NCBI GenBank assembly: GCA_026025795.1
Contig: JAPEUG010000169.1
Location: forward strand, 1-34,641
DNA: 34,641 nucleotides
Direction of reading: 5' to 3'
Source: Thelocarpon superellum
Lineage: Eukaryota
The notes beneath the pieces are model-generated. The model saw nothing but the letters and a program-made list of their open reading frames with translations, did not search any database and was not told the origin of the DNA. Shown in pieces: positions 32,961 to 34,641 of this stretch. The translations under genes were made by a program, and so were the position numbers. Positions within the stretch are counted from its first letter, which is position 1, and each line of letters begins with the position of its first letter.

Positions 32961-34624
32961 CTACTTGACCTTCTTCTTCTCGCTCGAGTCTTCCTCTTCG
33001 ATGTACGGATGCTTGATCGTCAGACACCAGATGTCGAGGTAATCGCAGATGGCGACGATGACGTCGATCTAGGGTTGCGATCCAATCTCAGTAAAGATGT
33101 CCGCACGATGGGAAGATGGGTGAACAGGAACGGATGGATGAACGAAACTCACCACAAACGTGCCGTACACGCCGATGCCGAAGCCAAGACAGCAAAACAC
33201 GTACGCGACCTGGTACACGTCGGGGCCCAGAGCGCTCGGCCAGCCCAGACCCAGCGAGGCCGTGAGCCAGGGGCCGAGGGAGTCGATGACTGCCAGAGCG
33301 AGGGGCGCGATCAAGACGTTGAGGTAGGGGAAGTCGCCGCGCACGAGATGCGCCGTGATGATCTGGCCGACGGAGAGCGCGTTGACTAGTCCCACGTAGA
33401 ACATAAAGGGCACGAGGTGGTGGTGTAGAATCTCCGGCTGCAGGTGCAGGTAGATGGGGATGAGCGTCCAGGTGATGAAGAACGGGACGAGTCCGAGCAG
33501 CGCGGAGCGCGAGTGTTCGCCGCGCTCGTGTCGCACTTTGATGACGTTCAGAGAGCTACGGGCGTGTTAGCCATGGACGTTCGGTCTGGATAGAAGAGGG
33601 CGACGGCTTGTACCTTTGCACGGTGTTGAATACTAGTACAGCCCCGCCGTAGACCATGTACCAGTCGGTGAAGGGCAGGTTGTAGACCGCGTCCGGAATG
33701 AAGGCGTGTTTGGCGACGCCAACGGTCTCGAACACCGATTGGTGCCAGAAATGAGGGCCGCCGAGGATGGCCGTCAGGGCGTAGACAACACACAGCGTCA
33801 GGATGCCTTCGACGGGACCGGAGACAAGACCCAAGGTGAGCGTGCGCGTGTGATATTCATCCCACGTCTGGACGTAGAATGTCAGGAGAGCTGCAGAGGG
33901 TAAGCTTGCTTTCGATCCGGTGCGGTTAATGGATGAAGTTCACCTCCGAAAAGCGTCAACATCGTGCGCCATCCCTGCCCAAGATTCATGGTCCCTGCGA
34001 ACAAGAGCACCTCCAAGGTGGTGTTGAGCGCATCGACGCCTGTCGCACTCATTAGCCTCTGTTCATTTGCCCATGATGGTACCACCGACCATGGTCAAAG
34101 AGCTCTCCCAGTGGTCCACTCTGATGCGTTCGCCGTCTGACAATCCCATCAGCAGGTGTCGCTTGCCAGCTCGACCCGGCGCATGCTCACGCTTGTGTTC
34201 CATCCACCGCATCAAACGTTTGGTAGAGGAAGAGCCCGATGGACCAGCTGGCATAGACCCACAGCGGGCAGTCCTGGTCGAGCGATGGGTTGTACCACAG
34301 AAGCGTCAGGAAGTTGGCCACGACGAAGCCGAATCCGGACAGGGTGATCTATGCGCCGGGTCAATCGAGGTATGCGAGACGTATGGGGAGCTGCGTACGG
34401 CATTGGGCCTAGGTCATGCGTCAGCTTGGTCACCGCATCATCGTCTGGGACCAGAAGCCAGAAGCATGGTGGAGCGTCACTCACGCCATGGACATGGGAA
34501 AGCAGTTGATGACGACATTGGTGTAGAAGGGCTTGAGGACATATCGGGAGAGGAGGGAGTGGTCGACGCCGGAGTACTTGTACTCCTTCAGCTTGGGCAG
34601 CTCGCTCTGCCGGATGAAGACCAT
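32961..34624 (-). CDS. CPT1: Choline/ethanolamine phosphotransferase (CDP-alcohol phosphotransferase, Cpt1/Ept1)
   Basis: Exons 34624-34485, 34408-34399, 34348-34191, 34136-34090, 34039-33944, 33890-33614, 33555-33153, 33068-32961 (1239 nt). Motifs [68 protein letters not shown]. CPT1 versus EPT1 cannot be resolved. Confidence 0.93.
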
Positions 34625-34641
34625 GGTGACGGCGACAGGAC

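Overview
GC-rich, intron-containing genomic DNA from a filamentous ascomycete (Pezizomycotina; short GT-AG introns with CTRAC-type branch points). I hand-spliced 13 conserved genes: a CECR5-like HAD hydrolase (runs off the left edge), a lactonase-family beta-propeller, a Zn-dependent formaldehyde-dehydrogenase-like MDR enzyme, casein kinase I, an LRR protein, a phosducin-like protein, an Rds1 ferritin-like protein, SEC21, RPS27, an Fcr3-like bZIP, LIP5, RSM22 and CPT1/EPT1. Two accessory regions interrupt this backbone. One is a decayed Ty3/Gypsy pol relic (~10.4-11.8 kb). The other is a ~3.7 kb island between rds1 and SEC21 holding a 30-bp tandem repeat, a candidate 5-exon small secreted Cys-rich gene invisible to the ORF track, and a disrupted DUF3723-like pseudogene, a family associated with Starship giant transposons. 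That island is the best candidate for something undescribed, possibly a derelict Starship fragment with effector-like cargo, but I found no captain recombinase or element termini. All family assignments come from motif recognition, not database searches.
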